From a virus: 64,000 nt of DNA. The stretch is from positions 1 through 64,000 of IMG/VR virus record IMGVR_UViG_3300026097_001200; one strand, given 5' to 3'. A program made the position numbers and the translations under genes. Under the pieces are notes generated by a model. That model worked only from the letters and a program-made list of their open reading frames with translations, was not told where the DNA came from and did no database searches. This document shows, piece by piece, positions 37,102-46,358 of the stretch; the stretch's first letter is position 1; every line of letters starts with the position of its first letter.

Positions 37102-37552
37102 GACAGTGATAGCTGATCGTTATTGGATACTACAAAGCGATTCTAATAAAGTAGGTGAGATTGAACGCAACGACGAAGGCAGTTACAATCTAAAAGTACA
37201 AGGAAGGATAGAACAGTTTAAAACGCTGAACATGATCAATCAGCGACTGTCTACACCTATTAGTTTTGTTGACAGCAAACAAGAAAAACAAAATCAAGAA
37301 TATCAAGTTCACGGATATCCAACCAGTTGCAAACCTTATAATCCATTGTTTAACGTGGTTGACCAACTGCCGATCTTTACCAAAGGGGAACACAGCAAGA
37401 GCTGGTTTGCGGCAGGATGGTATCAGGTAAAGCAAAAAAGCAAATGGAAAACCATTCTTTGTCCTAAACTGATCATGCTAGATCGCTATGAGCACAGAGG
37501 TCCTTTTCGCAGCAAGGACGAAATCATCAGTTCTATCAAGGACAGACTATGA
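37088..37552 (+). CDS. Conserved phage hypothetical protein
   Basis: Coupled ORF with SD; SKSWFAAGWY, CPKL. Confidence 0.7.
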   Translation: MLKAKTVIADRYWILQSDSNKVGEIERNDEGSYNLKVQGRIEQFKTLNMINQRLSTPISFVDSKQEKQNQEYQVHGYPTSCKPYNPLFNVVDQLPIFTKGEHSKSWFAAGWYQVKQKSKWKTILCPKLIMLDRYEHRGPFRSKDEIISSIKDRL

Positions 37553-37752
37553 GTTTGTATATCAAGCGTTTTGCAGAGCGGGTGCAAACACTTGACAGCA
37601 GACAGGCCAAGGATTTTACTTGGCCTATCCGTGATGCAAAAAATCTGCAAACTGAGTTGTTAAAGTTACTCAGTGACTTAGATGAACTGCGTAACAGTGA
37701 AAAAGAGCAGATTGACACCATTGAAGTTCAAGTACAGGGCGGAAAGTGGTAA
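37549..37752 (+). CDS. Small hypothetical protein
   Basis: ATGA overlap; ends GGKW. Confidence 0.6.
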   Translation: MSLYIKRFAERVQTLDSRQAKDFTWPIRDAKNLQTELLKLLSDLDELRNSEKEQIDTIEVQVQGGKW

Positions 37753-37776
37753 TAAATATGCTTACAAGGTGATAAA

Positions 37777-38070
37777 GTGAGTAGACCAAAACCGCAGGTA
37801 CTGGCGGAAAAAGCCAACAAAGACAGCTATAAAAACGAGCAGGTTCTTGCCAGCGACGGTATCTGGGCAGTGTTCTACGACGGTACACCTATTAATCTCA
37901 AAACTAGTAATCTTCTCACACAGTACCCGGGTCCGAAATATAAAAAAGTTAGTTTTAGTAACCCAGGGCATGCTATTAACTTGGCTAAAAAACTCAACAG
38001 TCAGTTTGACACCGATCTATTTTCTGTATACCTGTTGCGTGATGGCGAAAAAATCTACCCTGAAAAATGA
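37777..38070 (+). CDS. Conserved phage hypothetical protein
   Basis: MSRPKP, YKKVSFSNPGHAINLAKKLN; ATAAATA motif at 37752. Confidence 0.7.
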   Translation: MSRPKPQVLAEKANKDSYKNEQVLASDGIWAVFYDGTPINLKTSNLLTQYPGPKYKKVSFSNPGHAINLAKKLNSQFDTDLFSVYLLRDGEKIYPEK

Positions 38071-38428
38071 AATCTTCTGGGAAGCATTCGACCAGTGGGA
38101 ACAGAAAGATTGCACGTGGACAGAAGCCTGGGCTCGATGGTGGCAGGACAAAAGAAGCAACGACAATCTTCACCTTGCTTGGCCTGGCATAAAAGCATTC
38201 ACTAAAGATCTTAAACGTCCGCATTGGTACATTCCGTTTAACACTGTTAACAAAACACCTAGAGATATGCTGGCAGTCAAACAGCATGTTCGAGGACCTT
38301 ACGGATTTGTGTCGCACGGCAATCCTAGAACCATGTGCCTAATAGTGTTTGACGCTAAAACTGCTAGCCTACTGAGTCTTTATGATTCTGCTGATAAATG
38401 GCTTGACAGCCTGCGAGATTCCAAGTAA
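38042..38428 (+). CDS. Hypothetical protein
   Basis: Likely ATG at 38042 within track ORF 37847..38428. Confidence 0.55.
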   Translation: MAKKSTLKNEIFWEAFDQWEQKDCTWTEAWARWWQDKRSNDNLHLAWPGIKAFTKDLKRPHWYIPFNTVNKTPRDMLAVKQHVRGPYGFVSHGNPRTMCLIVFDAKTASLLSLYDSADKWLDSLRDSK

Positions 38429-38431
38429 ACT
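38403..38431 (+). promoter_or_regulatory. sigma70-type promoter
   Basis: TTGACA-N17-TAAACT. Confidence 0.6.
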
Positions 38432-38463
38432 AAGTGTAAATTGGAAATACAGGACTAGACACC

Positions 38464-38664
38464 TTGACTTTATCCGAAGATAGATTGGCTGTTGCCGAAG
38501 CAGTGCTGTGCGGAGATATCAGTGCTGACTATTTGACCGACCGAGAAATTGTGTTGCTTGCAATGAGAGCACAGGAGTTGGCATTTGAACGACAGCTGGA
38601 AAAGCACTACAAACAAAATCCTGGTTTGACATTTTCTGGCACTGAAACGGAGCAAAGGCACTGA
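38464..38664 (+). CDS. Small hypothetical protein
   Basis: Follows promoter; TGATG-coupled to next gene. Confidence 0.55.
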   Translation: MTLSEDRLAVAEAVLCGDISADYLTDREIVLLAMRAQELAFERQLEKHYKQNPGLTFSGTETEQRH

Positions 38665-40421
38665 TGAAAACATTCAACTATCACAGCACCAACCTGCACT
38701 ACAGCGAACTGGCAAGTGATCCGCAGTACAGCAATGTGGAGTTTCAGTTTTCGCAGCAATATGTCATCCGTGATGACGTCAATGGTGACGGCTATCTGGA
38801 CATAGTGAATTTTCCAAACTTGGGCAATGAACCATTGATCGAAGAGCCACGACCAAAGCCCATTGCCTGGATCTGGGAGCCAACAACAGGCGAATACGTT
38901 GATCAAAGCGAAACCATCTTTGAGAATTGGGATGCAGTGGACTTGGCTTTTGTTCGAGACATTGCACAAGGTGACTTTGACGGCGATGGCGATCAGGACT
39001 ATGTGTTACTGGACCCTGGATTCGAAAACAGAATTCTATATCCGATCGCAAGAAATAAGCCCGGCGGCGAATTGCACTATATCGAAAATACAGAATCAGG
39101 ACTGCGATGGGCAGACGAAGTATTTGATCAGTCCAGTCGAAGCTTTAACCACATTGGCGATTCGGCTGATTTCGACGGTGATGGTGATATTGATATTGGC
39201 ATTGCAAAGTTTACTCATAAAACCACACATGCGCCTCATATTGCTATTAACAACGGCGATGGCAGTTGGACCGTAGAAAAAGACATGTTTTCTGGCAATC
39301 CAGCAAAACCAGTCAGTGGCATGGGGTTTGTGGAACTGGCCGATGGCAGAACAGCAGTGGCAGCCGGCTTTTACTTCAACGAAAATGCCAATACCGAAAA
39401 CCAATTGTGGGTTTATAACAGCAGCACTGAACAGTTTGAGTTCTACGATACATACAAGCAGATTCCAAATCGCGGCGCGGTGGATCACGTTAACATTGAC
39501 GTAAACAACGACGGTCTCAAAGACCTAGTGATTATGTACGAGGGATATATTGAAATTGACAATCAAACAAGCGATTACTACCAGATTCTACTCCAAAACG
39601 AAGACAGCGAATTTGTAGAGCACCAGGTAATTGCAAACGATGCAGGTAATCACGTCAGCGGGCACCTACAGTTCGATGACTTGAACAATGATGGCTATGT
39701 TGATTTCATTATTGATAAATGGCGTATTGAGTTTAACAACGACGCAGAGTGGCAACAGGCAAACCGTGTGTTCTATGTAAACAACGGAGACGGCAGTTTC
39801 TCACAGGCACCTGCTACAAACTTCAACTTCACTGATGTGTCCGGTGAGTTCGTCTACAGTGAAAACGGTGTGCAACTAACGGACGGCATCGAAGAGTACA
39901 ATTTCAACATGTACCACGATGTAAACCAGGATGGACTGGTGGACCTGATTCAGTTTGGAACCGAGACTCCGGTGGACACACACTGGGCAGAAAAACAGGT
40001 AGGAGAACGAGCCACAGTGTACCTAGGGTCACTGACCATGGAACAGCTGGTTGACGATGTGGAACATGAACCGCTCAGCAGTGATCAAGGCTGGGTGGTC
40101 AAGCTCATAGACACACTGTTCACAGACCAAGAACAGCAGCAGTTTGAGTTGGTGCAAACCGGTGTGGATTTTCTCAATCAAGGCATGAGCAAACAGGAGA
40201 TTGCTGCTGCCGCCGCATCTTTCACCAGCGGCGACGACAACAGTGTATTGATGGAAAAGATCTGGCTTGAACTGTTTGGAACAGAAATCAGCACTGGTGA
40301 CCTGGCATATTGGAGCAACGCCATTGACAGTGGCTTGTACTCACAGGGCGATATTGCATTGTTAGCTGTTGACTATTACAACCTTGGCACTGCAAGTCTC
40401 AGCGATTTGTTTTATTCATGA
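38664..40421 (+). CDS. FG-GAP/VCBS-repeat beta-propeller protein with C-terminal DUF4214-like helical domain
   Basis: Six DxNxDGxxD-type repeats (DVNGDGYLD, DFDGDGDQD, DFDGDGDID, DVNNDGLKD, DLNNDGYVD, DVNQDGLVD); C-terminal DLAYWSNAIDSG. Confidence 0.8.
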   Translation: MKTFNYHSTNLHYSELASDPQYSNVEFQFSQQYVIRDDVNGDGYLDIVNFPNLGNEPLIEEPRPKPIAWIWEPTTGEYVDQSETIFENWDAVDLAFVRDIAQGDFDGDGDQDYVLLDPGFENRILYPIARNKPGGELHYIENTESGLRWADEVFDQSSRSFNHIGDSADFDGDGDIDIGIAKFTHKTTHAPHIAINNGDGSWTVEKDMFSGNPAKPVSGMGFVELADGRTAVAAGFYFNENANTENQLWVYNSSTEQFEFYDTYKQIPNRGAVDHVNIDVNNDGLKDLVIMYEGYIEIDNQTSDYYQILLQNEDSEFVEHQVIANDAGNHVSGHLQFDDLNNDGYVDFIIDKWRIEFNNDAEWQQANRVFYVNNGDGSFSQAPATNFNFTDVSGEFVYSENGVQLTDGIEEYNFNMYHDVNQDGLVDLIQFGTETPVDTHWAEKQVGERATVYLGSLTMEQLVDDVEHEPLSSDQGWVVKLIDTLFTDQEQQQFELVQTGVDFLNQGMSKQEIAAAAASFTSGDDNSVLMEKIWLELFGTEISTGDLAYWSNAIDSGLYSQGDIALLAVDYYNLGTASLSDLFYS

Positions 40422-41127
40422 AATCTAGGATTTCAGCAGACAGTTGCTCATGTGCTTCTCGACCGGGATGTACACCGTCAGGAAATAACAAGCTTTCTTC
40501 CATGGCGGCAAAAATTTGTGCTACATTAGACAGTTCAGTATTTTTTGTTTCGGCACTGTCTAGATTTTTTCCGAACTCAAAAATATTAATGTTCAACAAA
40601 TTTTGAGTTTCAGGCAAATCTGGCATATTTAAAAGTTTGTTTCTCCAAGAGTTTACGGTATATACTGGATCTGGAATATATTCTGAGAATTCTGGTTGCA
40701 CAACAGGTGCTTGTCCTTCAATTAGCATAATATTGTTTATTTTATATTTTTCTATAATCTTTTTAATTTTGCCATATGATTCGTTTGCGGCTTCTTTTAT
40801 TGAAGATTGGAACATCCATTCTTTATTATTTTGCCATATATCTTGCATATTATTTTTATAGTCTCTGAGAATTTCAGCGTGGAACCATATGACTAAATCT
40901 GAATCATTGAAAATAGCTTCTTCGCTACCGTCGATAAAATTTTCCATGTATGTCCAAGACTTAAGATTGCCCTCTCCTATAAAGCCGAAATTATACACTC
41001 TGTAACCATGTTTTTCTAATATACCATGTATATGTCCGTTAACTAATGTGTCAGTGCCTTCTATTCGCCACATTGATTCTGCCCAGCTATCACCTAATAT
41101 AAAAATTGCAGGCTTACGTGTATTCAT
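40399..41127 (-). CDS. SGNH-like protein (paralogue of the next gene)
   Basis: ILGDSWAESMWR, FPDGVHPG. Confidence 0.7.
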   Translation of the reverse strand: MNTRKPAIFILGDSWAESMWRIEGTDTLVNGHIHGILEKHGYRVYNFGFIGEGNLKSWTYMENFIDGSEEAIFNDSDLVIWFHAEILRDYKNNMQDIWQNNKEWMFQSSIKEAANESYGKIKKIIEKYKINNIMLIEGQAPVVQPEFSEYIPDPVYTVNSWRNKLLNMPDLPETQNLLNINIFEFGKNLDSAETKNTELSNVAQIFAAMEESLLFPDGVHPGREAHEQLSAEILDFMNKTNR

Positions 41128-41857
41128 TATGTGTCATCCTATTTAAAAAATTAATAATTCTATCAGCTAATTGTTTATACGGCCTTGGCCCAGGATGTGC
41201 ATTATCTGGAAACATTGGACTATCGTTCATAGCTTTTAGTATTTGTATTTGATTTTCTAGTTCTTTTACCTTAGTTTCGTTACTATCCAAATTTAATCCC
41301 ATCTCGAACATGTCGCTTGGTAGTCCTAAAAATTTAGAATCAGGCAGGTTTGGCATATCGAGTATTTTATTTCTCCAGGATTTAACTGTATAAACTGGTT
41401 CTGGTATATATTTAGAAAATTCAGGCTCTACCACTGACGCCTGCCCTTCTACTAAAAAGATATTATCAATTTTAAATTCAGAAATAATATCACTTATTTC
41501 TCGATAAACTTTTTTAGCTGTAATATGTACTAGGTCATGTAATTTCCATTCCCAATTGTCAATTGGCCATCCATTTTTTTCCTGTGATGGATTAATTAGA
41601 AAACTATTTAAATCTCTGATTGGTGTAGTATGAAACCATACTATTAAATCAGGTTTTTCCAATTTTAAAATAAAATTTTTATATAAGTTCCATGAGTGAT
41701 AATTGGACATACCAATTGTACCAAAATTATAAACAGCGCATCCTTTTTTTTCTAATAAACCAGTTAAATGTCCATTTACCAAAGTGGTAGTTCCGGCACA
41801 GCGCCACATCGATTCTGCCCAACAATCACCTAGTATTACAATTTTTTTTTGATTCAC
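41114..41857 (-). CDS. SGNH-like protein (Cys at the nucleophile position)
   Basis: ILGDCWAESMWR, FPDNAHPG. Confidence 0.7.
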   Translation of the reverse strand: MNQKKIVILGDCWAESMWRCAGTTTLVNGHLTGLLEKKGCAVYNFGTIGMSNYHSWNLYKNFILKLEKPDLIVWFHTTPIRDLNSFLINPSQEKNGWPIDNWEWKLHDLVHITAKKVYREISDIISEFKIDNIFLVEGQASVVEPEFSKYIPEPVYTVKSWRNKILDMPNLPDSKFLGLPSDMFEMGLNLDSNETKVKELENQIQILKAMNDSPMFPDNAHPGPRPYKQLADRIINFLNRMTHNEYT

Positions 41858-41994
41858 CCTTGTCCTCGGTAGCGTTTTTTAACTGTGTTTTTACCTTTAT
41901 AACTGCTACGAGGACTATGTCCTATACTGGTACGTTTTTTTACACTGCGTTCACTGATTAATGTACTTTGCGTTGAAGATTTTTTTGTTGCCAT
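41854..41994 (-). CDS. 46-aa basic peptide ending KKRYRGQG
   Basis: MATKKSSTQSTLISERSVKKRTSIGHSPRSSYKGKNTVKKRYRGQG*; GTGA overlap with next gene; motif common in T4-like phages. Confidence 0.75.
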   Translation of the reverse strand: MATKKSSTQSTLISERSVKKRTSIGHSPRSSYKGKNTVKKRYRGQG

Positions 41995-41997
41995 AAT

Positions 41998-42672
41998 TTA
42001 CCTATTTTTTAATAATACTGTTAGACCTAATAGCATGCTGTATCTATCTTGTCTTGTACGATTCCACCCATCGTGCCATGTATTCCAGTCATTTGCATGA
42101 AACCACCCTTGGCCAAAATCACTAGGAACCTGTAGTGGGTTATTTCTTTGTGGGTCGTCGTAAAACATAGTACAATGATCTATGCTATCGTGATCTGTAA
42201 AATATACCATGCCGGTGCCAATTAGCAATCGATAATCACAGTGAATACCATTTTCAAATCCTGGTTTGTCCAGTGTAAACTCGGCGTGTAGTTCACTGTT
42301 TTCCATCATCATATCAGATGTCATGCCCCAGCGACTGGTAAATTCTTCTTTTTGAGAGTATAGTGCATCAATTACTTTGCGTTTTGCTATATCTGTGCCA
42401 AAATAACGAATAACCTGTTGTAGCATTGGGCTATCAGGGCGATGTACTTTGTAGCGATACCCTCCCCACATGTCATGGTCGATTTTAGTTTCCACGCCAT
42501 ATGGATTCCATGATTCTTTTTTAAGCTCATCGACTATATCGGGCTGGGTGTGACCGTTACTAAAAGATATCTGTAGAACCTTGCTATCAATAGGTTCTAA
42601 ATCAAAAAAGATGTTGTCTAATGTATTAAAATAATCGTACATGCTTCTACGTCCTTTGTAAGTGTGCTCCAA
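41998..42672 (-). CDS. 2OG-Fe(II) oxygenase-like protein
   Basis: DKPGFENGIHCD...WHDG..R..RYS. Confidence 0.7.
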   Translation of the reverse strand: MEHTYKGRRSMYDYFNTLDNIFFDLEPIDSKVLQISFSNGHTQPDIVDELKKESWNPYGVETKIDHDMWGGYRYKVHRPDSPMLQQVIRYFGTDIAKRKVIDALYSQKEEFTSRWGMTSDMMMENSELHAEFTLDKPGFENGIHCDYRLLIGTGMVYFTDHDSIDHCTMFYDDPQRNNPLQVPSDFGQGWFHANDWNTWHDGWNRTRQDRYSMLLGLTVLLKNR

Positions 42673-43264
42673 TGTTATTTTCTTCTTGACTTGAATTATA
42701 CAACCATATCAATATACTGTATCGATCGTCGTTGGTGTTATTTTTTCCAGCATGCCATATTTTTTCTGGGATTGCCCAACCTTTACTGAATTCAGTACTA
42801 CTAATATAAATTGGGATATTATCATGTTCATTGGCGTAAAACTCAGTAGCTCTGTTACTATCTAATTCTTGATTTAAATAGATCATAGCAGACAGCCATA
42901 CGCGATCAGGATCGTAGTGTTTGCCGACGTGATACCCAGGCTTGTCTTTTGTTAATGAAACATATAGTTTTCCGTACTCATTGATTTCATTTAAACTTAT
43001 ATCAAGATTATGTGATACTACAATCTCAGATAAAATCGCCTTTACAGTATCACTACCGAGATATTGTATTATTTGTTGTAATTTTGTGCAGGATATATCT
43101 GTACAACGCTGTCTGTAGCATGCAATATATGTATTCTGATCTAAGTCCTCCCATGATTCCGAACGCAACGAATCATGCAATTCTTCTTTGGTAAAAGGAC
43201 AGCAAAGAGATAGTTCTAACGGGAGGCCATTGCCGTTATCTATGCATGTTAAAGAAAAATCCAT
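42647..43264 (-). CDS. 2OG-Fe(II) oxygenase-like protein
   Basis: DKPGYHVGKHYD, MIYL, WHAG.N...RYS. Confidence 0.7.
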   Translation of the reverse strand: MDFSLTCIDNGNGLPLELSLCCPFTKEELHDSLRSESWEDLDQNTYIACYRQRCTDISCTKLQQIIQYLGSDTVKAILSEIVVSHNLDISLNEINEYGKLYVSLTKDKPGYHVGKHYDPDRVWLSAMIYLNQELDSNRATEFYANEHDNIPIYISSTEFSKGWAIPEKIWHAGKNNTNDDRYSILIWLYNSSQEENNIGAHLQRT

Positions 43265-44521
43265 TTACTCTTGTCTCCATTCACGATCCAGCCAAGGAAA
43301 TAAAGATCGCCAATCTGTGCCGCGTCTGCGGTCGATTTCATCTAGATATACCTGTAGATCTTGTATTCTCTCAACTCGTCGTATGCTGTTACTTATCTGC
43401 TGTTTAATGCCTTTCATGTGATCTTGTGCGTTGGTGTCTTTCATTTCGGCGATAATAGCATCTATGTCGTCCTCAAAAACTCCAGCTCCAAATATTGCTG
43501 GATCCATATGCGGCGGTGCCATTACTGTCATAAAACTGTAGTTGATTGGATTGTGAGGCGGTCTTTTTTGATTCCATTCGTTGATTTTTCTAACCAATTC
43601 GGGAGCAGTTTTTATTGTAAGAGGACTGATTGCAGCATTGACACACTGCACTACCCAGGGCTTTTCTAACAAATATGTAAAGTTATCTTCCCATTCTTGT
43701 AAATCCAATCCCCAGCGAACATACTCTTCCTGCGGTCCCCAGCTGTCTAGACTTCCGGTTATTTGCAGTCTTTTAAGAGCACCTTTTTCTACCATCTGCT
43801 CGAACCGATCTATATATGCACGAAACTTTTTAGTTGGCACCTTGAGATTGGTAATAATATTAAAAGTGAGTTCAGGATTTGGGTGGCTTTCCCAGAAGTC
43901 AATGCTGAGATCAAACTCCTTTTGAAAAAAGGGTTCACCTCCTAATATTTGATAGTAGCGTATCTTTTTGTATCTGTCTTTGTCATGTAGATACTGCCAA
44001 AAGTCTGCCAGCTGTTGCTCGTAGTTTTCGTTTTTTTGACTCCAGTTGGCTATGTGTACACTGCCGTGTTTGAAGTCTCCAAACCGTTTAGTTTCTTCTT
44101 CCCACTTGGTACTGAAGTGCCCGCCGCAGTAGAGACAGGCCATGTTACATACATTGTTAAAATAAACTTCTAGTATTGTAGGCACTACTTCGTTGGTTTC
44201 TGGGTCTTCAAACAGTTCTTCTGGCGTTCTGTCTTGGTCGTGTCCTGCTTGCAGTTGATACAGTCTGTCACTGACACCTCCTGCTTCTTCGATTTTTTGG
44301 CAGTACTGACAGCCCTCTTGCGGCCATTCACCGCGGCGCATTATTTCTCTGGCACGGACCTTGTTAGGAAGATTATGAAAACTTGCAAAGTCATCCAGTG
44401 GAATAGCTGCTTGATCAGTTCTGTGACAACTACTGCTAGTGCCTTGTCCTAGATATACTGTGCTCCATGCCCACTTTAACAAGCAAGCTGTATCACCTTT
44501 TACTGGAAATATTTTTGACAT
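43265..44521 (-). CDS. Twitch-domain radical SAM protein
   Basis: CLLKW...SCHR...CQYC, CNMACLYC, LGGEP, ITN, EYVRWG. Confidence 0.85.
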   Translation of the reverse strand: MSKIFPVKGDTACLLKWAWSTVYLGQGTSSSCHRTDQAAIPLDDFASFHNLPNKVRAREIMRRGEWPQEGCQYCQKIEEAGGVSDRLYQLQAGHDQDRTPEELFEDPETNEVVPTILEVYFNNVCNMACLYCGGHFSTKWEEETKRFGDFKHGSVHIANWSQKNENYEQQLADFWQYLHDKDRYKKIRYYQILGGEPFFQKEFDLSIDFWESHPNPELTFNIITNLKVPTKKFRAYIDRFEQMVEKGALKRLQITGSLDSWGPQEEYVRWGLDLQEWEDNFTYLLEKPWVVQCVNAAISPLTIKTAPELVRKINEWNQKRPPHNPINYSFMTVMAPPHMDPAIFGAGVFEDDIDAIIAEMKDTNAQDHMKGIKQQISNSIRRVERIQDLQVYLDEIDRRRGTDWRSLFPWLDREWRQE

Positions 44522-44528
44522 GTTGTAA

Positions 44529-45659
44529 TTATGAGCTTTCTATTTGATGAATAACTTCTTGTAACTGTTGATCAAAATTTAAAAACGCATTATGCAAAAT
44601 TTTGTTTCGATTAACAAGTAATTTTAAATTATGATAATGTATACGTTCTAACTCAGGTATCACCGACTCCCAGTCAAACTCTGATAAATGTTGCATCAGT
44701 TCAACAATAGCATCGGCTCTTTCTTGGTAGGTAGGCAGTGAGTCATAGTCTTCACTCCAAAGAGATTCATAAGTCATAAATCCCATTTTGCGCAGGTTTG
44801 TTATGAAGTGTTTTGCCCCATATATTACAAAAGGAATACCAGTAAAAAGTGCTTTTGTAGTTTTTTCTGTTATAGCAAAATTATCTACTTGGTCATCTGC
44901 AATCTGTGTTTCCACAACAAGGTACAGTCTAGCCTGATTATATAGATCAATTGGCGGCGACTCGCTAATGGCAATTGTATCTTGTAATTGCTGTCTATCG
45001 CTCCAGTTAAAATCGGGCGTCCTTTCAAATTGTATATCATGCTTAAATATAGTGACGTTACCTCGGAGATTATTACAAATACTCAAAGCAAAAGAATCTT
45101 CGGGTATCTTGTTTTTTATTTTCTTAACTAAGTAGGTTCGCTCTGGTCTCCCGGATCCTATCAACGAAACAAAATCAACAGTTTTTTCACTACGGAAATC
45201 GTAAAATTTATCATTGTTTTGATTAGGAAAATTGAAAACTGGATCGAAAAAATCTACGGTAGCCAGTTGATACAGAAGGAAAGGCCAGTAAATGTTTACG
45301 TAATGTATTTTTTCCCCGAGCCAATTGAATATCGGATGGTCGTCAGCAGAAAACTTATCACCAGTAACAAATATATAAACACAGTCTGATTTTAATTTAA
45401 ACAAGGTAGGCATGTGTTCAGCACTAAAACGACGAACTCCTTCAGACATGTTGAAAAAAAATTTTATCTTTGCAGGATCGTTATTAATTGTTTCAGCAGA
45501 ATCTTGTACAGAAAAAACTGGATAGTGTCTGTTGTTAAAAATCTCAGGCACTGAGTGTGTAGTTGAATATAAGTTAGAATATTTGTGCCACCTGGCATAA
45601 ACCTTTATAAACAGGTTAGCTAAATGCGAATCACTGACATTGTTTAACGGAAGTAACAT
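44529..45659 (-). CDS. Hypothetical glycosyltransferase-like protein (TEKT motif)
   Basis: VVET...TEKT.K...PF...LRKMGFMTY...WSEDYD; CTAAATA on the minus strand at 45666-72. Confidence 0.55.
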   Translation of the reverse strand: MLLPLNNVSDSHLANLFIKVYARWHKYSNLYSTTHSVPEIFNNRHYPVFSVQDSAETINNDPAKIKFFFNMSEGVRRFSAEHMPTLFKLKSDCVYIFVTGDKFSADDHPIFNWLGEKIHYVNIYWPFLLYQLATVDFFDPVFNFPNQNNDKFYDFRSEKTVDFVSLIGSGRPERTYLVKKIKNKIPEDSFALSICNNLRGNVTIFKHDIQFERTPDFNWSDRQQLQDTIAISESPPIDLYNQARLYLVVETQIADDQVDNFAITEKTTKALFTGIPFVIYGAKHFITNLRKMGFMTYESLWSEDYDSLPTYQERADAIVELMQHLSEFDWESVIPELERIHYHNLKLLVNRNKILHNAFLNFDQQLQEVIHQIESS

Positions 45660-45712
45660 GAAAAATATTTAGTGCTTTGTTTTTACTGTCTTAACAAACA
45701 AATAAGTACACT

Positions 45713-46315
45713 ATGCATACTATTTTTAAAAATAATCATCCTGCGCTGACGTTTTTTTATATTCCAAAAACTGCTAGTGTGTCATTGGGAGCAGCGTTGT
45801 ATACTGCGTTCTCGCCAGGATTAAAAAATATCAAATTGAAGAAAATTTCTGACGTACCTCATGCTAATATGCACAATCTGACTAGCAAAGACGATGTTGC
45901 AAACAATAGAGTATGTGTTCTGCGACACCCGTACGATCGAGCAAAAAGTCTATGGCAACATTCTTCTAGAAGAGTTGATACTGCGTGGGCAAGTGATTCA
46001 TTTGAACTATTCTTAATAAAACGATTTCACGAAACACACACATTGCTGCCAAACACTGAACTTGACTTAGATAATTTTAATTTTTTTGCACCTCAATGGC
46101 ACTGGGCACAACATTGCAATATACGTCTAGACTTTAACAATCTACATCACGACTTTAACAATATTTTAACTGAATATGTATCTCCAGGCACTTACAATTT
46201 ACCTAGGAAAAACGTGTTGAACAGCAAGGACAGTGTTGATCTAAAACGATATCATAAAACTCTAATACGAAAAATATACGCAGATGACTTTGAACATTTA
46301 GGCTTTATACCTTAA
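45713..46315 (+). CDS. Sulfotransferase family 2 protein
   Basis: YIPKTASVS (5'-PSB), RHPYDRAKS (3'-PB), PQ, YADDF..LG. Confidence 0.8.
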   Translation: MHTIFKNNHPALTFFYIPKTASVSLGAALYTAFSPGLKNIKLKKISDVPHANMHNLTSKDDVANNRVCVLRHPYDRAKSLWQHSSRRVDTAWASDSFELFLIKRFHETHTLLPNTELDLDNFNFFAPQWHWAQHCNIRLDFNNLHHDFNNILTEYVSPGTYNLPRKNVLNSKDSVDLKRYHKTLIRKIYADDFEHLGFIP

Positions 46316-46358
46316 CACACTAAATACGATTCGTATTGCAATATTAGAGAGAGATCTT

